A model generated the notes under the pieces. The model worked only from the letters and a program-made list of their open reading frames with translations. It was not told the DNA's origin and made no database searches. This document shows, one piece after another, positions 56,701 through 64,000 of a DNA stretch of 64,000 nt (position 1 is the first letter of the stretch; every line of letters begins with the position of its first letter). Source of the stretch: a bacterium (GTDB lineage Bacteria > Krumholzibacteriota > Krumholzibacteriia > G020349025); NCBI GenBank assembly GCA_031362565.1, contig JANLSU010000081.1, forward strand, positions 32,001-96,000, written 5' to 3'. Position numbers and translations under genes: made by a program.

Positions 56701-57015
56701 CGCCCAGTAGATGTCGGTACCATCCTGGAAGATGACATAGACGTAGGAAAATCCAAAATCCGAGAAGCCGCGCACGGCGCGAACCCGCGGCGCTCCCAAG
56801 AGCGCCGTGACGATGGGATACGTCACCTGATCTTCTAGAATATCGGGGGATCGTTCCCAGCGCGAATAGATGATGACTTGAGTGTCGGACAGGTCGGGCA
56901 ACGCATCCAAGCGGATGACCCGCAGCACGTGGATCGCGAAGGCGCACGCCGCCACGGTGGCGAGCAGGACGAAAATGCGGCGTTCGGCCGAGAATGCGAT
57001 GATGCGCCGGATCAT
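53746..57015 (-). CDS. cusA: CusA/SilA-type heavy-metal efflux RND permease
   Basis: LDALPDLSD.QVI, GPDA.GVGW...Y, MSL.GIAI.IG..VD; Met triad equivalents YMPTT, SMMET, TMPIK. Confidence 0.92.
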   Translation of the reverse strand: MIRRIIAFSAERRIFVLLATVAACAFAIHVLRVIRLDALPDLSDTQVIIYSRWERSPDILEDQVTYPIVTALLGAPRVRAVRGFSDFGFSYVYVIFQDGTDIYWARSRVLEYLSKIQPRLPAGVQTELGPDASGVGWVFQYALVDHSGKHSLDELRSFQDWTLRYALQSVPGVAEVAAIGGFVKQYQVTVDPNQLAAYRLPLDDVVEAIRRSNNEVGGRLLEWSGREYMVRGRGYARSVEDLASVVVKADSSGTPILLRDVAHIEIGPEIRRGVADLDGLGDHVCGIVVMRHGENALNVIDRVRQKLRDIEPSLPDGVEIVTTYDRSDLIHRALHALRHELLVEMIIVSLVILVFLWHIPSAVVPIVTIPVAVLLSFIPLYALGVTVNIMSLAGIAISIGVLVDGAIVEVENAYNKLHEWHAGGRHGDFHQVRLQAMQEVAPAVFLSLLVIAVAFLPVFALVDQEGRLFKPLAYSKNLAMGIAALLAITLDPAMRMMFTRVDPFRFRPAWLARFVTHLAVGTYHAEARHPISRAIARVYDPACRFVLRHPRKVIGGAVLIVLLALPAYVRLGSEFMPPLHEGTMMYMPTTLPGISVAQAQELLQTQDRVLRSFPEVERVFGKAGRADTSTDPAPFSMMETTVVLKPDREWRARPRWYSSWMPDPVQRLVRPIWPDRISYEQLVDEMDAALRIPGTTNSWTMPIKARVDMLSTGVRTPVGIKILGGDAREIERIGEHIEAVLRDVPGTRSVYAERIAGGYFVDFEPRREQLARHGLTVESLQRVIVSAIGGENVTTTIEGRERYPVNVRYPREWRDDIDQLRRVLVSTPRGAQVPLGQLADVKLAEGPSMVRDENGFVAGYVYVDISNRDLGGYVEEAKRVVRDQVELPAGVVLQWSGQYENMQRVRERLQLIVPITLALIFMLLYANTRSAFKASVVMLAVPFSIVGAVVLFHILGYNVSIAAWVGMIALMGLDAETGVFMLLFLDLAYEQAQKAGRLRSMADLDAAILHGAVRRARPKMMTVAAAFLGLLPILWSTAAGADVTKRIAAPMIGGLVTSFLLELLVYPPIYKLWRARQLRREGAFAVVAR

Positions 57016-58439
57016 GGGCGGACTCCCGCCGCGGGCGCCGTCGCGGCGGGCTCGGTCAGTGCGCCGCGCAAGCGCGATTCCGAGTCGAGCAGGAAGTTGG
57101 CGCGCACGACGACGCGTTCGCCGGTTTCGACGCCGGAAAGCACCTGGGCACGGCCGTCGCTGCGCAATCCAACCTTGACGTTGCGCGGCTCGAAGCGGTC
57201 ACCCTCTGTTTCCACGAACACGATCTGATGTTCACCGGAGTCGAGCACCGCGGATTCCGGGATCACGACACCCTCGGCCGACTGCACCGACAACCACACA
57301 TCGACGTACATGGAAGGCTTCAGCATCAGGCGTGGGTTCTCCAGATCGAACCGCACCTTGAGGGTGCGGGTCTCGGGATCCACGTAGGGATACACGTAGG
57401 ATACCTTGGCCATGAGGGTGGTCCCGGGGTCGTACGGCAGAGTCAGTTCGGCCGTTTGCCCGGTGGAGACGAGGTGGGCCTCGTTCTCGTAGAAATCGGC
57501 CTCGACCCACACGTGCGACAAGTCGGTGACGGTGAACATTTCGTACCCGGGCTCGACCTGCTGGCCTTCGATGACGTTCTTCATCGTGACGTAACCGGAA
57601 ACCGGCGCGAAGTACGTCACCGTGCGCTGCGGCCGGCCGTTCCGTTCCACCGTCGCGATGAAATCGGCGGGCACATCCAGCAACTGGAGGCGCCGCCGCG
57701 CCGCCGCCAACAGGTCCTCGGCGCCACGCCGCGTCTCCTCCGGAGCATCGGGCGCCAATTGCGCCACCGCGGTGCGGGCGTGCAGCAGCTCTTCCTGGCT
57801 TGCCAGAAGTTCCGGCGAATACAGTGTGAATGCCGGATCTCCCTGGCGCACGCGCTGGCCCGTGACGTTCATGAGCAGATTCTCGACGAACCCGCCGATC
57901 TTGACGTGCATGTGGTGGATGCGGGTCTCGTCGGCCACGATGATGCCGACGGTCCGAATCCGGCGCGCCAAGTGTTCACGCACCGCAACCGCCGTCTGCA
58001 CGCCGGCAAGCTGCCGCGAGTCGCCGTGCAACGAGATGCCGGCATGCCCGGCGACGGGAATCGACGCCGGGGGCCCCGAATCCGCAAAGACCGGCACGAA
58101 GTCCATCCCCATCGCATCTTTCGCCGGCACGTCGGACCGAACGGTGGGGTCCATCGGGCTGCGGTAGAAGAGAATCCGCGGCTTGGTGGCGTGTTTCCCG
58201 CCCGCTTGGGCGTGCTGCGTCGAATCGGCGGCGACCCGCGGCACCAATCGCATGTTGCAGATCGGACAGTCGCCCGGATGATCGGTGACGTAGGCCGGGT
58301 GCATCGGACAGGTGTACTCCTGCGCCGTTTGGGTCTTGTGAGTGCATCCCGGCATCAGAGCCATGGCGACCGTGATGCCGGCTACGAGCGCCAGGCGCCA
58401 TCCGATTGACCACAGCCGCCGCCAAGCCAGTGCTTTCAT
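57012..58439 (-). CDS. cusB: CusB-type RND periplasmic adaptor with heavy-metal-binding domains
   Basis: YTCPMHP...CPICNM.L, YRSPMDP...MGMD, YSPEL..Q.E, FLLDSES. Confidence 0.9.
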   Translation of the reverse strand: MKALAWRRLWSIGWRLALVAGITVAMALMPGCTHKTQTAQEYTCPMHPAYVTDHPGDCPICNMRLVPRVAADSTQHAQAGGKHATKPRILFYRSPMDPTVRSDVPAKDAMGMDFVPVFADSGPPASIPVAGHAGISLHGDSRQLAGVQTAVAVREHLARRIRTVGIIVADETRIHHMHVKIGGFVENLLMNVTGQRVRQGDPAFTLYSPELLASQEELLHARTAVAQLAPDAPEETRRGAEDLLAAARRRLQLLDVPADFIATVERNGRPQRTVTYFAPVSGYVTMKNVIEGQQVEPGYEMFTVTDLSHVWVEADFYENEAHLVSTGQTAELTLPYDPGTTLMAKVSYVYPYVDPETRTLKVRFDLENPRLMLKPSMYVDVWLSVQSAEGVVIPESAVLDSGEHQIVFVETEGDRFEPRNVKVGLRSDGRAQVLSGVETGERVVVRANFLLDSESRLRGALTEPAATAPAAGVRP

Positions 58440-59734
58440 CGCCAACCTCCCGCATGCGTCGCGTTGCCGGCCGGCGCCGGCGGATGCACGAGCGCCTCGA
58501 TTTCCGCCCAGGTGATGTAACGTTGCGCCTCGCGCCGGAAGAGCGCCCGGCGGGCGCCGATGGCGATTTCCAGATCCTCGAGCACCGTCGCGAAGTCACC
58601 ACGGCCCGCCCCGTAGGTCGAACGCGCCACATCGAGTGCCGACTCGGCTTGCGGCACGATCTCGTCGTGGTAGCGGTGCACTTGCGCATCGTCGCGCACC
58701 CACTGCGCGGCGAGCCGCACCGCCTGCGCACGCACGTCGTTCTCCACATCGGCGAGCTCGAGGCGCGCGGCATCGACTTCGGCATCGGCGGCATGCACCG
58801 CAGGACCCTGCTTGGCGCGCCGCCACACCGGCAGGTCGGCGCCAACTCGCAGCCCGATGACCGGATCGAGCCCGCCACGATTCGCATAGCCGGCGCCCAC
58901 AAAGACGTTCGGCTTACCTTCTTGGCGCTGCGCATGCGCCCGGGCCTCGGCGGCAGCAATCGAAGCGCGTTGCCGCACGACCGCCACCGAGGCGGCAACG
59001 GCGCGCACCGGCAATTCGGCAGCCGCAACTTGCGTCTCCGGCAGGCGCACGAAGGCGCCGAACGAAGTGCCTGGATCCCGTCCGAGCCAACGATTCAGAT
59101 CGGCGCTCGCACCGATTCGCTCGGCCGCAAGATCCGCGAGTTCGGCGTCGACGCGTGACAGCGCCAACTGGGCGCGCAGTTGCGGCTCCATCGCCGCGTC
59201 GCCGGTGCTGTAGCGTGCGGTTCCCGAATCGCGCAGCAGCAACGCCACGTCGCGCGCCGCATCGAGCGCATGGCGCTCGGCATCGAGAGCGTAGAGACGC
59301 GCGTACTGGGTGCGCACCGCGACAGTGACGCGCCGCGCTTCGTCCACGATGTCGACGTCGAGCACGCGCGCCTCCTGTTCGACGGCTTGGCGCTCCGCGC
59401 CGCGCCGTCCGAAGCCACCGAGTTCTTGACGCAGTTCCACCCCCAGCGTCGACATCTCATCCTTGCCAACCGTCCAGCGCGGGAAGCTCACATCCTCGAG
59501 GCCGAATTCGAGCCCCGGATCGGCAAGTGCACCGGCAGCCCTGGCGCGCAGATGCACGGCGGCGGCGCGCGCCCGGCGCGCCGCGATCGAGGGCGCCGAC
59601 GTGAGCGCCGTCGCGACAAGACTGTCGACGGGTGGCGCCTCGGCGCCCGTGCCGACCGGGGTTACGCCGGCGGCCGGCAAAGCGGCGAGCGTCAACCAGG
59701 CGACCAATAGTGTTCGAAGCGAATCGGACAACAT
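58436..59734 (-). CDS. TolC-family outer-membrane efflux protein (CusC-like)
   Basis: Signal peptide, LADP, Y.TG and Y.AG..DF repeats, LP.W; operon with cusBA. Confidence 0.85.
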   Translation of the reverse strand: MLSDSLRTLLVAWLTLAALPAAGVTPVGTGAEAPPVDSLVATALTSAPSIAARRARAAAVHLRARAAGALADPGLEFGLEDVSFPRWTVGKDEMSTLGVELRQELGGFGRRGAERQAVEQEARVLDVDIVDEARRVTVAVRTQYARLYALDAERHALDAARDVALLLRDSGTARYSTGDAAMEPQLRAQLALSRVDAELADLAAERIGASADLNRWLGRDPGTSFGAFVRLPETQVAAAELPVRAVAASVAVVRQRASIAAAEARAHAQRQEGKPNVFVGAGYANRGGLDPVIGLRVGADLPVWRRAKQGPAVHAADAEVDAARLELADVENDVRAQAVRLAAQWVRDDAQVHRYHDEIVPQAESALDVARSTYGAGRGDFATVLEDLEIAIGARRALFRREAQRYITWAEIEALVHPPAPAGNATHAGGWR

Positions 59735-59888
59735 GACCTTCCTCTCGCCATTCCGGCCCGCCCGTGCCGCAATGCTCGCTGACCCCAAGGGACGCCGCGA
59801 AGCCGCGCGCCTGCCGCAGGACAAACGGCAAGGCAACGCCGCACCATGGAGGCGCGCTGCGCAAATGCATGATCGAGAAGGGTCGAGG

Positions 59889-60266
59889 TCAGACGACGAG
59901 AGTGCAGAAGAGCGTCAATATCGATTCGCTATGATGCGCCGCGATGCGTGAGTCGGCCGCGGGCTGCACCAGGTCCGGGCGGCTCGCGGGCACCAGAAAA
60001 TGGATTGGGTAGACGGCGGCCACGAGGTGCGAACTCTGCAAGCCGGTCCGCGATGGAATCTCGCCGCTGGGTGCGAGTGGTGCGGGTGTGGACGCCGGAC
60101 GCGGATGGCAGGAGGCTCCCGGACCGCAGCGGCAGACCCTCCCGGCGCAACACGAACTCACGGCCGAGTGAACCGTTGGTGCACATCGGACGGGCGGCTG
60201 CGCACGCAGGGCGAGCGGCGTCGTGGCGACGAGCCACGCGGCAGCGATTCGAACCCAGGGACGCAA
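59889..60266 (-). CDS. small Cys/His-rich protein upstream of the cus operon
   Basis: Hydrophobic N-terminus, SCCAGRVCRCGPGASCH, C-terminal HHSESILTLFCTLVV; GAGGAGG RBS; start uncertain (60266/60269/60284). Confidence 0.55.
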   Translation of the reverse strand: MRPWVRIAAAWLVATTPLALRAQPPVRCAPTVHSAVSSCCAGRVCRCGPGASCHPRPASTPAPLAPSGEIPSRTGLQSSHLVAAVYPIHFLVPASRPDLVQPAADSRIAAHHSESILTLFCTLVV

Positions 60267-60297
60267 CACGGCCTCCTCGTCCACAAGCGCACCTTCA

Positions 60298-60326
60298 AGG
60301 GTAGAAGGCGCGCCAAAGGCTGTCAA
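60298..60326 (-). promoter_or_regulatory. sigma70-type promoter of the small-ORF/cus operon
   Basis: TTGACA-17 bp-TACCCT; dyad CCTTC-N7-GAAGG overlaps the -10. Confidence 0.55.
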
Positions 60327-60391
60327 CGGGCGGCAGCCCACGCGGTCTTCCACACCTGCAGGTCATCCAGATTCGTGCCATGATGGGACGA

Positions 60392-60796
60392 TCAGTTCGT
60401 GTTCCGTGCGGCTTGGTTGAGGATCCGCAGCAGCATCGCTTCGAGCGACTCCGAGTCGACGGGCTGAGCCAGGTAGAACAGCACCCCGGCGCGCCGCGCC
60501 GCCCGTTCGAGTTCGAGCGAGTGCTCATGGGCGATGTAGACGACGCGGACATCGGGCCGCACCCGGTGGACATCGTCCACGAGTTCCGGCCCCGGACGTT
60601 CCGTCACCGCATCGTCGAGAACCAGGAGCGCCGGATTCAAGAGACAAAGCGCCGTCAGACACTCAGCGGCCGATCCAACTTGGGTCACCCGTGGAGCCCG
60701 CGCCCCGAGCGGCGTAAACGCCTCGGCAACGTGCGCACTCAATCCCCGATCGCGGGTCGCAACCACAACCTGCGAACTCTTAGCCGCGAAGGGCAT
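60392..60796 (-). CDS. stand-alone receiver-like (pseudo-REC) protein
   Basis: REC fold pattern VVVA..D, P.LLVLD, G.ELV..., VVYI, AR.AGV..YL.QP; conserved Lys and Thr/Ser absent. Confidence 0.72.
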   Translation of the reverse strand: MPFAAKSSQVVVATRDRGLSAHVAEAFTPLGARAPRVTQVGSAAECLTALCLLNPALLVLDDAVTERPGPELVDDVHRVRPDVRVVYIAHEHSLELERAARRAGVLFYLAQPVDSESLEAMLLRILNQAARNTN

Positions 60797-60862
60797 TGCC
60801 GCTCCGATCCAAGCCGCGCCGCGCCTCGAACCTCGGCGCGCGTGCGACCTACACACTCCCCA

Positions 60863-60880
60863 GTGCGAGACCCATGCCGG
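60863..60880 (-). promoter_or_regulatory. putative sigma54 -24/-12 promoter
   Basis: ccGGCATGggtcTCGCAc, GG-N10-GC. Confidence 0.6.
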
Positions 60881-60990
60881 TCGCAGCAAACACCCTGCTT
60901 TCGGCCCAGCCGCGCGCCGGCTCGGGCGCTCGAAGGCATCGAGTCGGTCGTCTCGAGCCCTACAGGCCGATGTGTTACCGCACTCGAGCT

Positions 60991-61012
60991 CTTTGTGAAA
61001 TTTTTCACAAAG
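60991..61012. promoter_or_regulatory. Rex-type operator palindrome
   Basis: CTTTGTGAAA-TT-TTTCACAAAG contains TTGTGAA-N4-TTCACAA. Confidence 0.7.
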
Positions 61013-61263
61013 TCTCGCACAGTCCCCAAGTCGCCAATTCCGACCCCGCATGCCCCCGAAAGCCCCATCCCCCGAAGAAACCCCTGGCGCCAACGGACAC
61101 AACCCCCGCAGGGGCAACCGGACCTGGTACGAAGTGAGGATCGCGTTTGGAGCGTGGAATGGGACTCGCCACGATTCCGACTCCGATTCCGACTAGTCGC
61201 ACGCCTCCGAAGACCGCCACGCACCAGCAGTCGCGCGCGTTCGCGCGTTCGCGCCGCCGCGCA

Positions 61264-62751
61264 TCAGTCTTCCGAAACCGCGATTCCGAACTTGCGGATC
61301 TTAGCGTAGAGCTGTTTCCTCGAGATGCCGAGCATTTTGGCCGCGCGCACTTTGTTGCCTTCCGTCATCGCGAGCGCCCGCGTCAGCAGCGCGCGCTCCG
61401 AATCCTCGAAGGTCGGCAGTTCGTCGCTGTTGAACATAAGAACGGGATCGCGGCGCTCGACATGCGGCGCCAGCCCGGACATTTCGAGCGGCAGGTCTTC
61501 GAGAGCGATGGAGTCGCCGCGGCCATACGCAAACGCCACCTCGATGGCATTCATAAGTTCGCGAACATTGCCCGGCCACGCATACCTCGCCAGCGCCGCC
61601 GAGGCGTCAGCCTCGATGCCCTTGACGACGCGCGGGTAGCGCTCGTTGAAGAGGTCGATGAAATACTCGACGAGCAATGGCACGTCTGCCGCACGATCGC
61701 GCAGCGGCGGCAGCGCCAGAGTGTGCACTTTGAGCCGGTAGTAGAGGTCCTCGCGCAGCTTGCCCTCGGCGATCGCCAGGGTGGGATCGCGGTTCGTCGA
61801 AGCGATGAACCGCACATCGACCGCAGTCTCCTGCGTCGAGCCGACCGGCCGCACGCGCCGGTCTTGCAGAACACGCAGCAACTTGGCCTGCGTCTCCGGC
61901 TGCATTTCGGTGATTTCGTCGAGGAACAACGTCCCGCCGTCCGCGGCGCGAACCAGCCCCAGGTACTCGCCCACCGCACCACTGAAGGCGCCCTTCCGGT
62001 GGCCGAAGAGTTCGCTCTCGATGAGCTCCCGGGGCAACGCGGCGCAGTTCACGGCGATGAACGCCGACTTGCCTCCCGGCCCGCACTCGTGAATCGCGCG
62101 GGCGACGAGTTCCTTCCCCGTACCGCTCTCGCCGGCGATCAGGATCGAGGCGCGCCCGTGGGCGGCTTGCTGAATGCGGCTGTACATCTGGCGCATTGCC
62201 GCACTCGCACCCACCATGCCGTGAAAGCTCGTGCGCTGCGCGGCCTCGGGATCGAGGCGTTCCAGATCGAGTTCTTGCCGGCGGGTGCGGGCCGCACTAC
62301 GCGCGTCATGGACGCCGAAATACACCTGCGCGAGCAGGATCATGCGAACGTGCGACAGCTTGTCGAACGTCAGGAGCACATCGGGCCCCTTGGCCAGAAT
62401 CGACAGCTTGTGGCGGAAATAGTGTGCGGCACTTTCCTCGAAGAGATGCATCGAGGCGATGATTTCCTCGAACGGCACACCGCGCTCCACCATGCGCGCC
62501 CCGACCTTCTGCACCTCGCGCGCCAGGGCCACGATGTCCCGCTCGAGGAGCGTCGAGACCACGGCATCCAGATCGAGGCCGAAATACGACTCGAACTCTT
62601 CGCGCGCGAAGGTCCGATCGGGACCGAAATGCAGCGTATAGAGTTCGTACCAACGCTCGAGAACACCGGGGCGATTGTCGCGCAAGATGCGCAGAATCGG
62701 CCCGAGACGTTCGATCTCTTCGTCGTTGATGAGATGGAAATAGCGCGCCAT
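61264..62751 (-). CDS. sigma54-dependent enhancer-binding protein with N-terminal globin-like (RsbR-N/protoglobin-like) sensor
   Basis: GESGTGKE, ESELFG, GAFSGA, FLDEI, WPGNVREL, Fis HTH; about 165-aa all-helical N-domain; GGAGG RBS. Confidence 0.88.
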   Translation of the reverse strand: MARYFHLINDEEIERLGPILRILRDNRPGVLERWYELYTLHFGPDRTFAREEFESYFGLDLDAVVSTLLERDIVALAREVQKVGARMVERGVPFEEIIASMHLFEESAAHYFRHKLSILAKGPDVLLTFDKLSHVRMILLAQVYFGVHDARSAARTRRQELDLERLDPEAAQRTSFHGMVGASAAMRQMYSRIQQAAHGRASILIAGESGTGKELVARAIHECGPGGKSAFIAVNCAALPRELIESELFGHRKGAFSGAVGEYLGLVRAADGGTLFLDEITEMQPETQAKLLRVLQDRRVRPVGSTQETAVDVRFIASTNRDPTLAIAEGKLREDLYYRLKVHTLALPPLRDRAADVPLLVEYFIDLFNERYPRVVKGIEADASAALARYAWPGNVRELMNAIEVAFAYGRGDSIALEDLPLEMSGLAPHVERRDPVLMFNSDELPTFEDSERALLTRALAMTEGNKVRAAKMLGISRKQLYAKIRKFGIAVSED

Positions 62752-62843
62752 GCTCCTCCGAGCGCTGCCGCGCCGATGCTGAGCGCCGCGGCAAGGCGGC
62801 ACTCTATCACGCGCCCACCCATCGGGGGGGCACCGCGTGCAAA

Positions 62844-64000
62844 TCAGCCTTCTTCCGGACGGAGCGGTTCGAAGACGGGCTCGCTCGTTTCGCGCGCCCT
62901 CTGGAGCGCACGCTTTGCGGCTTCGTACTGCCGTAATTGCGAGCGAAACGGGTCTTCGCCTTTGGCGGGACGGCGGCGCTTGTAGGTGCCGTCGGCTTGT
63001 AAACGCCGGGCCTTGACGTTGTCCTGAAATACCGCCTCGAGCGCTTCGAGCACCTTGCGGCGGCATGCCGGGTGCTCCACCGGAAACATCAATTCGATGC
63101 GCCGGTCCAGGTTACGCGGCATCCAGTCGGCACTGCCCAAGTACACCTCTTCGTCGCCACCGTTATGGAAATGAAAAATCCGCGAGTGCTCCAGGAACCG
63201 GTCGACGATGGACACGACCTCGATGTTGTCGCTGGTGCCGCGCACGCCCGGGCGCAAACAGCAGATGCCCCGCACCGCGAGTTGAATCTTGACGCCGGCC
63301 CGCGACGCCTCATAGAGAGCGCGAATGAGATCGCCGTCGACGAGCGAATTCATCTTGGCCCGGATTGCCGCCGGCTGCCCGGCCTCGGCGCGGCGTTGCT
63401 CGCGCTCGACAAGATCGAGGCAGCGGGCGCGGAGGAACGTCGGCGCCATGACCAGTTTGTCCATGCGCGGCGGATCGGAATAACCCGTGAGGGCGTTGAA
63501 AAACGCCGAGGCATCGGCGCCGATCTGCGCATCGGCGGTCATCAGGCCGAAATCGGTGTAGAGGCGTGCCGTCTTGTCGTTGTAGTTGCCGGTGCCCAGG
63601 TGCACATAACGCTCGATGCCACGCCGGCCGCGCCGCACCACCAGGCAGATCTTGGCGTGCGTCTTGTAGCCGCGAATTCCATAGATGACATGCGCGCCCG
63701 CCTCTTCCAAGCGGCGCGCCCAACGGATGTTGGATTGCTCGTCGAATCGCGCCATGAGCTCCACCAGCACCGTCACCTGCTTGCCCTGCTCGGCCGCTCT
63801 CACGAGGCCGCGCACGACCGGCGAGTCACCACTCGTGCGGTACAGCGTCTGCTTGATCGCCAGCACGTCCGGATCGTCGGAAGCCCGGTGCATGAAGGCG
63901 ATCACCGGTTCGAACCCGTCATACGGATGATGGAGAAGGATGTCGCGTTCCTGGAGCACTTCGAAGAGATCGTCGGTTTCGGCAAGATCCGGCAACGGCA
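62844..64000 (-). CDS. ppk1: polyphosphate kinase 1 (3' part; 5' end beyond the window)
   Basis: LLHHPY, IKQTLYR, ARFDE..N, KTHAK, GTGNYN, KMNSL, RFLEHSR, GSADWMPRN. Confidence 0.96.
   Translation of the reverse strand, partial: PLPDLAETDDLFEVLQERDILLHHPYDGFEPVIAFMHRASDDPDVLAIKQTLYRTSGDSPVVRGLVRAAEQGKQVTVLVELMARFDEQSNIRWARRLEEAGAHVIYGIRGYKTHAKICLVVRRGRRGIERYVHLGTGNYNDKTARLYTDFGLMTADAQIGADASAFFNALTGYSDPPRMDKLVMAPTFLRARCLDLVEREQRRAEAGQPAAIRAKMNSLVDGDLIRALYEASRAGVKIQLAVRGICCLRPGVRGTSDNIEVVSIVDRFLEHSRIFHFHNGGDEEVYLGSADWMPRNLDRRIELMFPVEHPACRRKVLEALEAVFQDNVKARRLQADGTYKRRRPAKGEDPFRSQLRQYEAAKRALQRARETSEPVFEPLRPEEG

Noticed and set aside
60291..60326. CueR (MerR-type) promoter for the cus operon
   Set aside because: The spacer is 17 bp rather than 19, and the dyad is shorter and sits over the -10 instead of within the spacer.
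61172..61194. Short hexamer tandem CGATTC/CGACTC
   Set aside because: Fewer than four units and no spacers; not a CRISPR array or a meaningful VNTR.

Overview
High-GC, gene-dense bacterial chromosomal segment. I recognised no rRNA, tRNA, CRISPR array or mobile element. FlgD-Ig-like C-terminal tails on large secreted proteins and a TPR-STAS-ExbB-ExbD-ExbD-TonB operon suggest an FCB-related lineage such as Eisenbacteria, Krumholzibacteria or Latescibacteria (inference only). Left to right: an arginine biosynthesis operon (argR-C-B-D-G-J-H, with tandem ARG boxes); a molybdopterin oxidoreductase, DUF1223, transporter and TonB block; an esterase, an amidohydrolase, a YitJ-like Hcy methyltransferase/MTHFR fusion and a HAD hydrolase; an NtrY/NtrX-like two-component pair followed by a gene-free ~600 bp stretch that looks like a sigma54-driven structured RNA or small ORF; GT9, an orphan PTS IIC, a large modular metallophosphoesterase and a GNAT; an ECF sigma/anti-sigma pair facing a small membrane protein through two matching divergent ECF promoters; a Tat-less Mo-enzyme with a fused FeS-NrfD partner; HtrA, an OMP, an enoyl-CoA hydratase and an S9 peptidase. 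The right end is a putative redox/metal block: ImcH/NapC-like multiheme cytochrome, c554-like tetraheme cytochrome, heparinase II/III-like protein, Rrf2 regulator, cusCBA-like efflux with a Cys-rich upstream ORF, a pseudo-receiver protein and a globin-like-sensor sigma54 activator, followed by partial ppk1. The most notable unannotated signals are five sigma54 -24/-12 motifs, several with IHF-like and UAS-like elements, and an exact Rex-type palindrome. All product calls come from motif recognition by eye; no database searches were run.
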